Origin: Candidatus Saccharimonadota bacterium
GTDB taxonomy: Bacteria > Patescibacteriota > Saccharimonadia > Saccharimonadales > Saccharimonadaceae
DNA: 64,000 nt
Assembly (NCBI GenBank): GCA_017432305.1
Contig: JAFRJK010000008.1
Span: 78,866 to 142,865, forward strand
Direction of reading: 5' to 3'
The position numbers were made by a program, and so were the translations under genes. Shown here in pieces: positions 1 through 9,257 of the stretch (positions within the stretch are counted from its first letter, which is position 1; each line of letters starts with the position of its first letter). Under the pieces are notes generated by a model. The model made no database searches, was not told where the DNA came from, and saw nothing but the letters and a program-made list of their open reading frames with translations.

Positions 1-77
1 ATCACTTTTCATGAGTAGTCCTTCTACTATCATTATACCACAAAATACTGAAAAATGCAAGTTTCAAGGGGTGGTTT

Positions 78-1094
78 TTAGCTCTGCTTTTCAAGATGTC
101 TCCTTGCTTTTTCAGTTACAACGCGCCCTCTCGGCGTTTTTTCGATAAAACCAAGTTGAATTAAGAATGGCTCGTAATAATCTTCGATTGTTGTCACTTC
201 GTCACCCGTTAAAGCCGCAATGGTCGTTAATCCCACCGGTCGATTCCCGTAACTTTCAAGCATTAAATTCATCATGTTTCGATCTGCCGGATCAAGCCCA
301 AGCGAGTCGATTTCCATGAGTTCCAAAGCTTCTTTTGCGATTTTTTCATCGATAATCCCATCACCGTTCACATCGGCATAATCGCGCACACGTTTCGTTA
401 AGCGGTTTGCAATCCTAGGAGTTAAGCGCGAACGAGTTGCAAGAATTGAAGTTGCTTCTGGCTTTATCGGCGTGTTTAAAATCTTCGCAGTTCGTTCAAT
501 AATTTTTTCAATTTCTGGGACTTTATAATATTCGAGACGGTGTGTGATGCCGAAACGGTCTCTAAGTGGGCCGGCTAGGGAACCGGTTCTCGTCGTTGCT
601 CCGATTACCGTAAAATGTGGAAGGTCGAGCCGAACGCTTCTCGCCGCTGGACCTTTCCCAATCACGATATCGAGTTTATAATCTTCCATTGCGGAATACA
701 AAATTTCTTCTACGGCGCGCCTAAGTCGGTGAATTTCATCGATAAATAAAACATCGCCTTCTTGGAGATTTGTCAAAATCGAAGCGAGGTCTCCGGCGCG
801 CTCAATCGCCGGCCCACTCGTCACTCGAAAGTTTGCTCCAATTTCATGCGCAATCACGTTCGCCATTGTCGTTTTTCCAAGCCCAGGTGGACCATATAAT
901 AAAACGTGGTCGAGCGCCGTTCCATCATCGCGTTTTTTCACTGCATCAATCGCGAGTTTCAGATTTTTCTTTAATCGTTCCTGGCCGATATACTCAGAAA
1001 AAGTCGTCGGGCGCAAACTTTGCTCGATTACTTGTTCTTCCGCATCTTCTTCGTGTGTCGTATTGTCTATAACTCTTTCAATTCCCACTGTCAC
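78..1094 (-). CDS. ruvB: Holliday junction branch-migration helicase RuvB
   Basis: 338-aa ORF with Walker [10 protein letters not shown] and a DEIHRL box. The layout is RuvB-family along the full length. Confidence 0.95.
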   Translation of the reverse strand: MTVGIERVIDNTTHEEDAEEQVIEQSLRPTTFSEYIGQERLKKNLKLAIDAVKKRDDGTALDHVLLYGPPGLGKTTMANVIAHEIGANFRVTSGPAIERAGDLASILTNLQEGDVLFIDEIHRLRRAVEEILYSAMEDYKLDIVIGKGPAARSVRLDLPHFTVIGATTRTGSLAGPLRDRFGITHRLEYYKVPEIEKIIERTAKILNTPIKPEATSILATRSRLTPRIANRLTKRVRDYADVNGDGIIDEKIAKEALELMEIDSLGLDPADRNMMNLMLESYGNRPVGLTTIAALTGDEVTTIEDYYEPFLIQLGFIEKTPRGRVVTEKARRHLEKQS

Positions 1095-1141
1095 CTCCGA
1101 AATATCTGTTATAATGATTATATCACGAAATGGAGAGAAAT

Positions 1142-1678
1142 ATGGATTTTAAAGAGAGTAGAACTTATAAAAACCTACAAACTGCTTTTGCTGGCGAGAG
1201 CCAAGCTCGCGTAAAATATCAGTTCTTTGCTTCCCGTGCTAAAAAAGACGGTTACGAACAAATCGCTGAAATTTTTACCGAAACTTCTGATAACGAAAAA
1301 GAGCACGCGAAAATTTGGTATAAATTGATGAACGACGGCGTTGGTGATACAAAAGAAAATCTTCAACTTGCAATCGAGGGCGAGGATTACGAATATACCG
1401 AGATGTATAAGGAATTTGCGAAAGTCGCTCGTGAAGAGGGCTTCGAGGAAATTGCCACAAAGTTCGAACAAGTCGGGAATATCGAGAAAGAACATGAAGA
1501 TCGTTATAAAAAACTTTTGAAAAATATCGACGAAGATGTTGTCTTTAAAGGCGACGAAGTTACAGTTTGGAAATGCCGCAACTGTGGTTATATTACCGTC
1601 GGCGACAAAGCTCCAGAAGTCTGTCCAGTCTGTGACCATCCACAAAGTTTCTTTGAGAAGAGAATTGTCAACTTCTAA
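1142..1678 (+). CDS. rbr: Rubrerythrin
   Basis: Ferritin-like diiron ExxH motifs ([16 protein letters not shown]) plus a C-terminal rubredoxin-type CRNCGY...CPVCDHP. GGAG lies 6 nt upstream of the ATG at 1142. The ORF-track start at 1130 is also possible. Confidence 0.85.
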   Translation: MDFKESRTYKNLQTAFAGESQARVKYQFFASRAKKDGYEQIAEIFTETSDNEKEHAKIWYKLMNDGVGDTKENLQLAIEGEDYEYTEMYKEFAKVAREEGFEEIATKFEQVGNIEKEHEDRYKKLLKNIDEDVVFKGDEVTVWKCRNCGYITVGDKAPEVCPVCDHPQSFFEKRIVNF

Positions 1679-1700
1679 AATATCTGTTATAATAACGAGC

Positions 1701-1786
1701 GGAAGGGTGGCCGAGTGGTTGATGGCACTGGTCTTGAAAACCAGCAGGTTAACGCCTCGCAGGTTCGAATCCTGTCCCTTCCGCCA
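1701..1786 (+). tRNA. tRNA-Ser (anticodon TGA), CCA encoded
   Basis: Acceptor GGAAGGG/CCCTTCC, anticodon loop CTTGAAA, long variable arm, T-loop GGTTCGAATCC. A TATAAT box lies about 12 nt upstream. Confidence 0.9.
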
Positions 1787-1787
1787 A

Positions 1788-1822
1788 GCATAAAAATAGG
1801 CCAAATGGCCTAATTTTTATGC
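1788..1822 (+). terminator. Long hairpin / intrinsic terminator after tRNA-Ser
   Basis: GCATAAAAATAGGCCA-aa-TGGCCTAATTTTTATGC is a near-perfect inverted repeat containing a T-run. Confidence 0.6.
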
Positions 1823-1861
1823 ATGAAAAAGACCCACTAGATTTAGCGAGTCTTTTGGAGG

Positions 1862-2065
1862 TTACTTGTTAGATAAATATTCCTCGAAGGGCAGACCTTC
1901 TTTCGTGATTTTCTCGGCAACGGAACGTTCGCCGATATATCTGAAGTGCCAAGGCTCATAATTATAGCCTGTGACGTTTTCCTTACCTTCGGGATACCTG
2001 AGAATGAAACCATATTTTGCGAGTTTCGAGTGGACTTTTGCGAAGATTTCTCGTTCTGCAATCAT
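1862..2065 (-). pseudogene. C-terminal remnant of a VanY/M15B D-Ala-D-Ala carboxypeptidase
   Basis: 67-aa ORF containing KYGFILRYPEGKENVTGYNYEPWHFRYIG, which is only the last ~65 residues of the family. Its start overlaps the stop of the upstream ORF (ATGA). Confidence 0.5.
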
Positions 2066-2622
2066 AAAGTTTTTCCGTAGACATCGCCCATCTTGTAAAA
2101 AAGGTTCCCTGGATGATGCATATCATTTAACATCCTACTATACCAATCCGGGATTTCTCTACAAAATCTTCCGCCCCAAAGGGGATAATAGAAGATGCCA
2201 CCTCGGCAATTCAACCAAATTTCCCATATTATGGTTTCAATATCATAACGATCTTTGCTCCCATATATGAAAGGCGCCGCTATAGCGGGAGGAATCCTAA
2301 CGCTGAGAATGTTGTTATAAACCTCAGCCTCCTCGAAGAAAAAATACTCAGATACCTCAATGCCTTCTCCAAAATAAGGAAGACCGCCACTGGCGATAAC
2401 TATTATCCCAAAGCCGTCTTCAGGATCCAACAGCCGAATAGGTAACCGATCTCCTTCCGATATAGAATATCTACTTAACGGAGCATATGTGTCCAGCTCA
2501 TTCGAGCTATTGACTTCGAGTTTTTTAGGCTCATATTTCCTTTTTCTCCCGAGCCCGACCGGCAGCCAAAGCTCATCCGTAGAGTAGTTATACTCTCCGT
2601 TCACAAAATTGTAAAACATCAT
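2062..2622 (-). CDS. Hypothetical protein (186 aa)
   Basis: Long ORF in a coding-dense context with no motif I recognise. Confidence 0.45.
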   Translation of the reverse strand: MMFYNFVNGEYNYSTDELWLPVGLGRKRKYEPKKLEVNSSNELDTYAPLSRYSISEGDRLPIRLLDPEDGFGIIVIASGGLPYFGEGIEVSEYFFFEEAEVYNNILSVRIPPAIAAPFIYGSKDRYDIETIIWEIWLNCRGGIFYYPLWGGRFCREIPDWYSRMLNDMHHPGNLFYKMGDVYGKTL

Positions 2623-2731
2623 AACTATGCCCTCCTTATACTAAGTGTGCGTTTTTGACAACAAAAATACCTACTTCTGTCCTTATTATAACACAAATTA
2701 GCCAAAAAGTCAATATAAGCTTAAGCGAGAA

Positions 2732-4045
2732 CTATTCTTCTTTTTCTATCGGCGGTAAATCTGCCGCCCAATCTCCTGGGCTTGTATCGGAATAAATAAT
2801 CGAATCCTGACCCATCTGTTCTTTCGTTCGAATTAGGCTTTCTTTCGGATTATTTTTTGCAATCGCAACTTGTTTTCGGATCCCCATTTTATCGAGTTGT
2901 TCTGCATAGTGTCGGCGTAATTTTTCGGCCGTCTTCGGGCTTAATTTATCAAGAACATTCGCGAATTTATTTACAACCGTAAGTGATGCCGCGCCGATTT
3001 TTCCTTCCTCATTCATTTTTCGGAGTGTCGAAACAGTCTCTTTAGGCAATCTTGTCCAAAGATATCCTGTCTGCTTTCCATAGCCATCAGCATGGTCTTT
3101 AACGTCGGTTGAGTTTGAGAAGAAAAGTTCAACGCCCGGAATTTTTACTGCAAACTCTTTATCCGCTGGCTCACCCAAAGATTTTTCTGCAATATTGTAA
3201 GAAATAATTGGCGCAATTCCACCGTTTAAAATCTTCGAATTTTCTGGGAAAGCTTCGTGGACGGATTTTAGAATACTAGGAGAAAGCGTTGCGAAAATCG
3301 CCGTATCGGTTAAACCTCGTTCTTCGAGAAGATTTCTAATATTTTCGAGTAGCTCATCGTGACTTTCTTCCGATGCCCCAAGCTCCTTAATTTCAAGCAC
3401 AACTTTATGATTTTCGTTATCTTCCTGATATTTTTTAAAAATATCAAGCCCATCTTCAAGTGACAACCTTTGTCCAGTTTTCTCAACTTCCTCGCTTGTC
3501 ATCTCATGAATATGCTTCGAAAATAGAAATCTTGCGCCCGCACGCGGTGAATGTGAAATCCAAGGCTTCCCATCCTTATCAAAACGAATATCAAGTTCCG
3601 GAATACTCGAGCCACTTTGAAGTTCCTGTTCTAAGGCTTCTTTTGTATTAATTTGTTTATGATTAACGATGTTATAATCGATTTGGTTTTCGAGCGATCG
3701 GTCGACATCTCCAAGTGCCGCTTCAAGTTGTTTTATCAATGCATCCGCTTGAGTCTCTTCCGGACTCTTTAAAGTTTCAACATACTCAACTGGCATTTCC
3801 GATTTTTCAGTCTCGCCATTTTCAAATTCATCTAACGCCATCAAAGCAAGCGAAACTTTTCCGAAATTCTTATAAAGCGCTGCTCGGTCAAGCAGCTTTT
3901 CTTTATCATCACTTAAAGAATCTACACCATCATTTTCCGAATCCTCAAATGGGTTTTCTAGTCCATCGGTAATATTATCCCATTCCGTGACTTTTTCACT
4001 AGCTTCTATCTCGTCGTTGTTTATATTTTTCGGATAGTCTTCCAT
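2732..4045 (-). CDS. Hypothetical protein with an acidic N-terminus and a weak GDPD/PI-PLC-like motif
   Basis: 437-aa ORF. ELDIRFDKDGKPWISHSP loosely resembles the E.D...KDG..V.HD motif of glycerophosphodiester phosphodiesterases. The start is leaderless (TATAAT rc at 4052-4057, 6 nt from the ATG). Confidence 0.5.
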   Translation of the reverse strand: MEDYPKNINNDEIEASEKVTEWDNITDGLENPFEDSENDGVDSLSDDKEKLLDRAALYKNFGKVSLALMALDEFENGETEKSEMPVEYVETLKSPEETQADALIKQLEAALGDVDRSLENQIDYNIVNHKQINTKEALEQELQSGSSIPELDIRFDKDGKPWISHSPRAGARFLFSKHIHEMTSEEVEKTGQRLSLEDGLDIFKKYQEDNENHKVVLEIKELGASEESHDELLENIRNLLEERGLTDTAIFATLSPSILKSVHEAFPENSKILNGGIAPIISYNIAEKSLGEPADKEFAVKIPGVELFFSNSTDVKDHADGYGKQTGYLWTRLPKETVSTLRKMNEEGKIGAASLTVVNKFANVLDKLSPKTAEKLRRHYAEQLDKMGIRKQVAIAKNNPKESLIRTKEQMGQDSIIYSDTSPGDWAADLPPIEKEE

Positions 4046-4080
4046 ACCCTAATTATATCATAGGCGGGGAGTGCAATTTA

Positions 4081-4111
4081 AAAGAAAAAACCCGGGAAAA
4101 CTTCTCCCAGG
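4081..4111 (-). terminator. Intrinsic terminator downstream of the 315-aa gene and mini-ORF
   Basis: The minus strand reads CCTGGGA-gaagttt-TCCCGGG followed by TTTTTTCTTT. Confidence 0.7.
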
Positions 4112-4127
4112 TTTAATCTAGATAAAA

Positions 4128-4141
4128 GGATCACCTCCTTA
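4128..4141 (-). promoter_or_regulatory. 14-nt perfect Shine-Dalgarno (TAAGGAGGTGATCC) with no downstream start codon
   Basis: The plus strand reads GGATCACCTCCTTA, identical to the canonical 3' end of 16S rRNA. On the minus-strand transcript this is a 14-nt anti-SD complement, and no ATG/GTG/TTG follows within 15 nt. Confidence 0.5.
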
Positions 4142-4186
4142 AGCTGACTTAGAAAGTTTCTGTTTAAGCTCTAAAAACATAAACAT
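4139..4186 (-). CDS. Candidate 15-codon mini-ORF (MFMFLELKQKLSKSA)
   Basis: AAAGGAGG (rc of 4193-4200) lies 6 nt upstream of the ATG at 4186. The stop TAA is the first three bases of the 14-nt super-SD. Confidence 0.25.
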   Translation of the reverse strand: MFMFLELKQKLSKSA

Positions 4187-4211
4187 CACCCACCTCCTTT
4201 AAATGAGTTTA

Positions 4212-5159
4212 TTAGCTTTCTGAAACGTCGAACTTCGAATTCTGCCAAGCTCGATCAAAACTTGACCAATCGAGGACTTTACCTTTTCTCGTGGCGATAT
4301 GTTTCTTTCCGATATCCATGAGATAACCGTCCCAAGTATGTTCAGGTGCACAAGTTTCGAACACGCTCCCCTCGTCCGAATTTACCCAACATGCTCCGAA
4401 TAACATTGGCACGGGTGCAAGCATCTTACTTTCCGGTGCAAACATCAAAATCTGTAACTGCCGGTTGTCCGCCTTCGTCATATCAATCGAAAAAGCCGCA
4501 TAAGCCACTCTGTCCTCAAGCAGACCTTGATAATTTGCATCTTCAATGAGATTATGATAAGCCCTCTCCGCTATTGCGCTGTCGTTCTCCCATAAATCGT
4601 CGGTATAGACCGAATCAGCATCGATTCTTGCAACTCCTACACTGACGAATTCTTCGCAGATTTCACTCCGTGCGACATTATGTTTTCTGAAAGGAAGAAT
4701 CGTATAATTATCAATTATCTCGCGACAATCAATAAAAATAATCGCCTTTTTCTCGCCTTCCGGTCCGTTATAATGGATCTTCAACTTTTCCGAAGCCAGC
4801 CGAATATTCATGCCAAGACTCTCCGCAATGATATCGACAAATGTGCTATTTGCCACCGGAAATTCTCTCGGCTGTCCGCGCACAATTAAATCGTCGCCGT
4901 CATAACTGTACTTTTTCAAAGGACCTTTTTTCCGGCTCGACACAATCAATTCTCGCGTGAGCCGTCCGACATGAACGCTGTATAACCCATCTCCGCTGTC
5001 CGTTATTTCTTCTCCGTTTCCAATCTTCAAGTTCTGGGCCCTTTGGTCCTTTCCTCGATCAATCGTCAGGGAATAATAACTCGGGTGGATAAATATTTCG
5101 TCCGGTTTCTCCGGCTCCTTTGCGGTCGGTTCCGCCACAGTTCTTTTTCTTTCGAGCAT
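4212..5159 (-). CDS. Hypothetical protein (315 aa)
   Basis: Long ORF with no recognisable motif. Confidence 0.45.
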   Translation of the reverse strand: MLERKRTVAEPTAKEPEKPDEIFIHPSYYSLTIDRGKDQRAQNLKIGNGEEITDSGDGLYSVHVGRLTRELIVSSRKKGPLKKYSYDGDDLIVRGQPREFPVANSTFVDIIAESLGMNIRLASEKLKIHYNGPEGEKKAIIFIDCREIIDNYTILPFRKHNVARSEICEEFVSVGVARIDADSVYTDDLWENDSAIAERAYHNLIEDANYQGLLEDRVAYAAFSIDMTKADNRQLQILMFAPESKMLAPVPMLFGACWVNSDEGSVFETCAPEHTWDGYLMDIGKKHIATRKGKVLDWSSFDRAWQNSKFDVSES

Positions 5160-5281
5160 TTAAAGCCCCCCTTTCTCTCTAATTCAACCTTAATGTTCTT
5201 CATCCCACCAATAACTATTTTATTATATCATAAAATGCCGATTTTTCAACTTTCAAAGCGTTTTTGTGGTATAATATCTCT

Positions 5282-6232
5282 ATGATTTGGAACGAATTAC
5301 CGAAGCATTTTACCGCTCTCGCACCTATGGAAGGTGTGACCGATTCAGTTTTTCGTGCCGTAATAGAAAAAGCCGGTCGCCCAGATTTATTCTTCACTGA
5401 ATTTACGAACGTCTCGAGCTTCGCTTCTGAAAAAGGTCGTCACGATGCTCTTGATCGTTTAACCGTGACCGAAACCGATGCGCCGATTATCGCTCAAATT
5501 TGGGGAAAGAATCCGGAACATTTTGCACTTCTAGCATCTAAACTTGAAGAACTCGGATTTTCTGGACTTGATTTAAACATGGGTTGTCCGGATCGTCACG
5601 TAAATAAAGCCGGTGGTGGTGCCGCAATGATAAAAACCCCAGAGCTTGCGTCCGAGTGTATTAAAAAAGCTCGCGAAAACACGAATCTTCCAGTTTCGGT
5701 AAAAACTCGTCTTGGATTTTCCTTTATCGATGAATATAAAACTTGGCTTCCGTTTTTACTGAATCATCATCTCGCCGCCTTAACCGTCCATCTTCGAACG
5801 AGGAAAGAAATGTCGAAAGTCGAAGCACACTATGAGCTAATCCCGGAAATTCTAAAAATGCGCGACGAAATCTCGCCAGAAACAAAACTGATTATTAATG
5901 GCGATATTCGTGATAAAAAACACGTTGAAGAACTCGCGAAAAAATATCCCGAAATTGATGGTTTTATGATTGGTCGTGGAGTTTTTGGAAATCCATTTTG
6001 TTTCACAGACCACACTCCAACAAACGAAGAATTAATTAATCTTTTCCTCTACCATCTTGATCTTTATGATGAAAAAGCAAAAAAGGCTCGATATCCTTTC
6101 GAACCTCTAAAACATTTTTATAAAGTCTATATTAATTCTTTCGACGGCGCTTCGGATTTGCGTGTGAAATTAATGGAATGTAAAACCACCGACGAGCTCC
6201 GAAAAGTTTTAGCTGATTTTCAAAACGCCTAA
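5282..6232 (+). CDS. tRNA-dihydrouridine synthase (Dus family)
   Basis: LAPMEGVTDSVFR and NMGCP...KAGGGAAM motifs. The start is leaderless: TGgTATAAT at 5270-5275, then 6 nt, then the ATG at 5282. Confidence 0.85.
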   Translation: MIWNELPKHFTALAPMEGVTDSVFRAVIEKAGRPDLFFTEFTNVSSFASEKGRHDALDRLTVTETDAPIIAQIWGKNPEHFALLASKLEELGFSGLDLNMGCPDRHVNKAGGGAAMIKTPELASECIKKARENTNLPVSVKTRLGFSFIDEYKTWLPFLLNHHLAALTVHLRTRKEMSKVEAHYELIPEILKMRDEISPETKLIINGDIRDKKHVEELAKKYPEIDGFMIGRGVFGNPFCFTDHTPTNEELINLFLYHLDLYDEKAKKARYPFEPLKHFYKVYINSFDGASDLRVKLMECKTTDELRKVLADFQNA

Positions 6233-6289
6233 GTTTGTTTATTGTGCTTTGTTGTGTTATAATAACAGGGTATTAAACTCAATATATAT

Positions 6290-6366
6290 GGCAACGTAGC
6301 TCAGTTGGTTAGAGCGTGGGACTCATAAGCCCAAGGTCACTGGTTCGATCCCAGTCGTTGCTACCA
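6290..6366 (+). tRNA. tRNA with CAT anticodon (elongator Met or lysidine-modified Ile2), CCA encoded
   Basis: GGCAACG/CGTTGCT acceptor stem (G1-U72), loop CTCATAA, T-arm GGTTCGATCC. Met and Ile2 cannot be distinguished by eye. Confidence 0.85.
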
Positions 6367-6374
6367 TAAAATCC

Positions 6375-6399
6375 AACTTGCCGAAGGCAAGTTATTTTA
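6375..6399 (+). terminator. Intrinsic terminator (possibly bidirectional)
   Basis: AACTTGCC-gaa-GGCAAGTT followed by ATTTTA. Confidence 0.7.
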
Positions 6400-6915
6400 C
6401 CTTCTATTTCGAATATAATCTAGCCCCTTATTATATCTATTTTCTCTTATCCAATCCGGCTTTTTATTCCCGCCTTTTCTTTCTTTTCCACTTCCGTTTT
6501 CCTTATTATTATATCCGCGAGTCTTAAATCCTTTTGTTTTATTACATCTCGAACAAGTTAGAACGAGATTTTTTGTTGCATTCGTTCCGCCGTAAAAAAG
6601 TGGCACAACATGATCGACATGAGTATAAGGTGTATTAAGCCCAATCAGTCTTTTACACCAAGCACATCTTTTCTTTTGGCAAATCCACTGCTCTCTCTTC
6701 CATTTTTTAAATCGCTCTGATTTTTTTAGTTCCTCAAACTCGTACCGTAATCTCCACCACCGCTCATATCGTGCCTTATTTTCCGCCTTAAAATCTCGAT
6801 ATGGTTTTCTTTCCCATTCTTTTTTTCGTTTCTGCCACTTTAAGAAACTAATTTTACTCATCACCGCGACAAGAAATAATATTACCACAAGAATAAAACA
6901 ACCCACCACTTCCAT
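6397..6915 (-). CDS. HNH endonuclease with an N-terminal transmembrane helix
   Basis: HVDHVVPLFYGGTNATKNLVLTCSRCNKTKG is an HNH motif. Cys pairs CQKKRCAWC are present. The N-terminus VVGCFILVVILFLVAVM is hydrophobic. Confidence 0.75.
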   Translation of the reverse strand: MEVVGCFILVVILFLVAVMSKISFLKWQKRKKEWERKPYRDFKAENKARYERWWRLRYEFEELKKSERFKKWKREQWICQKKRCAWCKRLIGLNTPYTHVDHVVPLFYGGTNATKNLVLTCSRCNKTKGFKTRGYNNKENGSGKERKGGNKKPDWIRENRYNKGLDYIRNRR

Positions 6916-6987
6916 AATTTAATCTTACCACTTTTTCCATGAGAACTCCCGAAAATCTGTGTGGTATAATATAAAAAGGAGAAAATT

Positions 6988-7383
6988 ATGAAAAAGAAAT
7001 CTGGTTTTACTATTATTGAACTTGCTGTTGTGATTGTGTTTGCAACACTTCTTGTTGTTTTATTCTTCATTCAAAAAGCGAACACTGAAGCTATGCACCG
7101 TGATGAACAAAGAAAAGAAGCGATAAATGCTATGTATTACGCTCTTGAAGAAGGATTTTTTATCGAAAATGGTTATTATCCAGAAGAAATTTCTGAGGAG
7201 AACTTAAAGGTGATGGACCCACAACTCTTCACCGATCCTTATGGGATTAATCTTGGAAAAGACGGTAGCACCTATTCCTATGAACCAGCAAATTGTGATA
7301 ATGGAAAATGTAAAGAATACACTCTCCGCGCAAAGCTTGAAAAAGAAGATGAATACGTTAAGAAAAATCGCGAGACAAAATAA
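6988..7383 (+). CDS. Type IV pilin / pseudopilin (prepilin-type N-terminal methylation motif)
   Basis: KKSG/FTIIELAVVIVFATLLVV is the classical G|FT(L/I)IE cleavage-methylation signal. AGGAG lies upstream. Confidence 0.75.
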   Translation: MKKKSGFTIIELAVVIVFATLLVVLFFIQKANTEAMHRDEQRKEAINAMYYALEEGFFIENGYYPEEISEENLKVMDPQLFTDPYGINLGKDGSTYSYEPANCDNGKCKEYTLRAKLEKEDEYVKKNRETK

Positions 7384-7961
7384 TGATTGCTCATATAAAG
7401 GGAACTATTGCTGAAAAATTTCTAAATTCCGTTATTGTCGACGTAAACGGTGTTGGTTATGAAATCGCTTTAACCGCGCTCGATTATGAAGCCGTAAATG
7501 TTGGTGAGGATCATAAATTCTATACTCATCACGCAATTCGCGAGAACGCCGAAGAACTTTATGGCTTTTCAAGTCTCGCTGCAAAAAAGTTATATGAGCT
7601 TTTAATTTCTGTTAATGGTGTTGGCCCGAAAGCTGGAATGGCAATTTTATCGCTCGCCGCTCCAGAAGAAGTTCGAAACGCCATCGCAAACGCTGATGTT
7701 GCTTTTGTCTCGAAAGCAAGTGGTGTAGGGAAGAAATCTGCTGAACGTGTTATTGTCGATTTACGCGATAAGGTTGGACTTCCATCTCATGTCGGTGCAA
7801 CTGAAATTGTAACGAGAACGGCAATAATGGAAAATGATGAAGCTCTTGATGCGCTCATCGCTCTTGGTTTCCCATTAAAGGAAGCGACTTCCGCGCTTGA
7901 AAAAATCGATAAATCTCTCCCGACCGAAGAGAGAATTAAATTGGCTTTAAAGAATAAATAA
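7383..7961 (+). CDS. ruvA: Holliday junction DNA helicase subunit RuvA
   Basis: MIAHIKGTI...VDVNGVGYEI, then HhH repeats (VNGVGPKAGMAIL, ASGVGKKSAERVI) and a C-terminal domain III. Confidence 0.9.
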   Translation: MIAHIKGTIAEKFLNSVIVDVNGVGYEIALTALDYEAVNVGEDHKFYTHHAIRENAEELYGFSSLAAKKLYELLISVNGVGPKAGMAILSLAAPEEVRNAIANADVAFVSKASGVGKKSAERVIVDLRDKVGLPSHVGATEIVTRTAIMENDEALDALIALGFPLKEATSALEKIDKSLPTEERIKLALKNK

Positions 7962-7992
7962 AAAGCCTCGAAACATTGTTCGAGGCCAAGGT

Positions 7993-8379
7993 TCAATTAT
8001 TACTAGTTTTTTCTGGGATTCTAATTGTTGTTATTGCAAAGGCTAAAATAAGTTTCGGTAAAAATCCAATGACTTTAAAACCGGGGATAATTCCTGACGC
8101 AATATAAACGGCAATTAAAACAGTAAGAAGCGCCGAGAAAAGTAATCCAACCCAGGTCGCTATTAACATCCACTTACTCGCGCCAATATCGGCCGCGGCA
8201 TAGAATGCTTTAATTGCAAAGAGCATAAGTATTAGAACCACAGGAATTGACACAGCGGAAATTAAAAGAGTTGTGAGAATAATTGCACCTATCCCACTAA
8301 CTTGAACTAAATCCGGGAAGAAATATGATGCTACCCAAATAACAATACTAGTAATAATAAAATTCACAACTTGTTTCAT
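7993..8379 (-). CDS. Small 4-TM membrane protein (phage holin family IV / YvlD-like)
   Basis: 128 aa with four hydrophobic segments. The N-terminus VNFIITSIVIWVASYFFPDLVQVSG resembles that family (from memory). Confidence 0.45.
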   Translation of the reverse strand: MKQVVNFIITSIVIWVASYFFPDLVQVSGIGAIILTTLLISAVSIPVVLILMLFAIKAFYAAADIGASKWMLIATWVGLLFSALLTVLIAVYIASGIIPGFKVIGFLPKLILAFAITTIRIPEKTSNN

Positions 8380-8530
8380 AACCCCACCTCCTTATTTTTT
8401 GAAACAATGTGTGCTGTTTATATTATAACATAATATGAAGATTACGCAACTAAAAACTAACAGGTTACAATAAGATAAAAATATGGTATAATATATGAAA
8501 GATTTAAAAACTTAATTTTTGAGGAACTAT

Positions 8531-9232
8531 ATGTCAGGACATAGTAAATGGGAAACGACAAAGCGCCAAAAAGCCGTTGTTGATGCAAAACGCGGCGCGC
8601 TTTTTACGAAAATTGGTAACCAAATCGCTATTGCTGCTCGTGCCGGCCAAGATCCAGCGATGAACCCGTCGCTTGCAATGGTACTTGAAAAGGCTCGTCA
8701 CGCAAACATGCCAAAAGCAAACATCGAACGTGCAATTGCTCGTGCTGCTGATAAAAACTCCGCAGCTCTTATTGAAGAAACTTATGAAGCTTATGGCCCT
8801 GCTGGCGTCGGAATTATTATTGAAGTTGCAACCGACAACAAAAACCGCACAATGCCTGAAGTCCGTCACACTCTCGATAAAAACGGTGGTCGTATGGCCG
8901 ATCCTGGTTCTGTCATGTTCCAATTTGAAAGAAAAGGTGTAATTTTCATTTCCGACAAAGGCGAAGACGCTCTAATGACTGCACTCGATGCTGGTGCTGA
9001 GGACGCGAGTGAAGAGGATGATGGAATTGAAATTATTACTGCCCCAACTGAACTCATGAAAGTTCGCCAAGCTCTTATTGACGCTGGCATGACTGTAACT
9101 TCAGCTGAACTTAAATATGTCCCAACTACAACTGTTCCAGTCGAAGGCGAAGATGAAGAAAAAGTTTCCAAACTTCTTGAAGCTGTCGACGATCTCGACG
9201 ATGTTGTAAACGTTTTCACAAACGCCGCATAG
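8531..9232 (+). CDS. yebC: YebC/PmpR family DNA-binding regulator
   Basis: MSGHSKWETTKRQK start with GAGGA upstream, and family-typical sequence throughout. Confidence 0.9.
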   Translation: MSGHSKWETTKRQKAVVDAKRGALFTKIGNQIAIAARAGQDPAMNPSLAMVLEKARHANMPKANIERAIARAADKNSAALIEETYEAYGPAGVGIIIEVATDNKNRTMPEVRHTLDKNGGRMADPGSVMFQFERKGVIFISDKGEDALMTALDAGAEDASEEDDGIEIITAPTELMKVRQALIDAGMTVTSAELKYVPTTTVPVEGEDEEKVSKLLEAVDDLDDVVNVFTNAA

Positions 9233-9257
9233 ATATTATTAAACTAACTCTACTCCG

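Noticed and set aside
4128-4141. The exact 16S rRNA 3'-terminal sequence GGATCACCTCCTTA could mark an rRNA gene fragment.
   Set aside because: Only 14 nt match and the upstream sequence (CTAGATAAAA) is not 16S-like. I interpret it as an SD-type element on the opposite strand.
8534-9219. Long antisense or alternative-frame ORFs lie inside confident genes (for example 8534..8923 and 8866..9219 in yebC, 19216..19770 in nrdD, 23290..23937, 36180..36659, 38749..39270, 46915..47358 and 24792..25217).
   Set aside because: They sit entirely within strongly supported genes on the other strand or frame, have low-complexity or odd composition, and lack translation signals.
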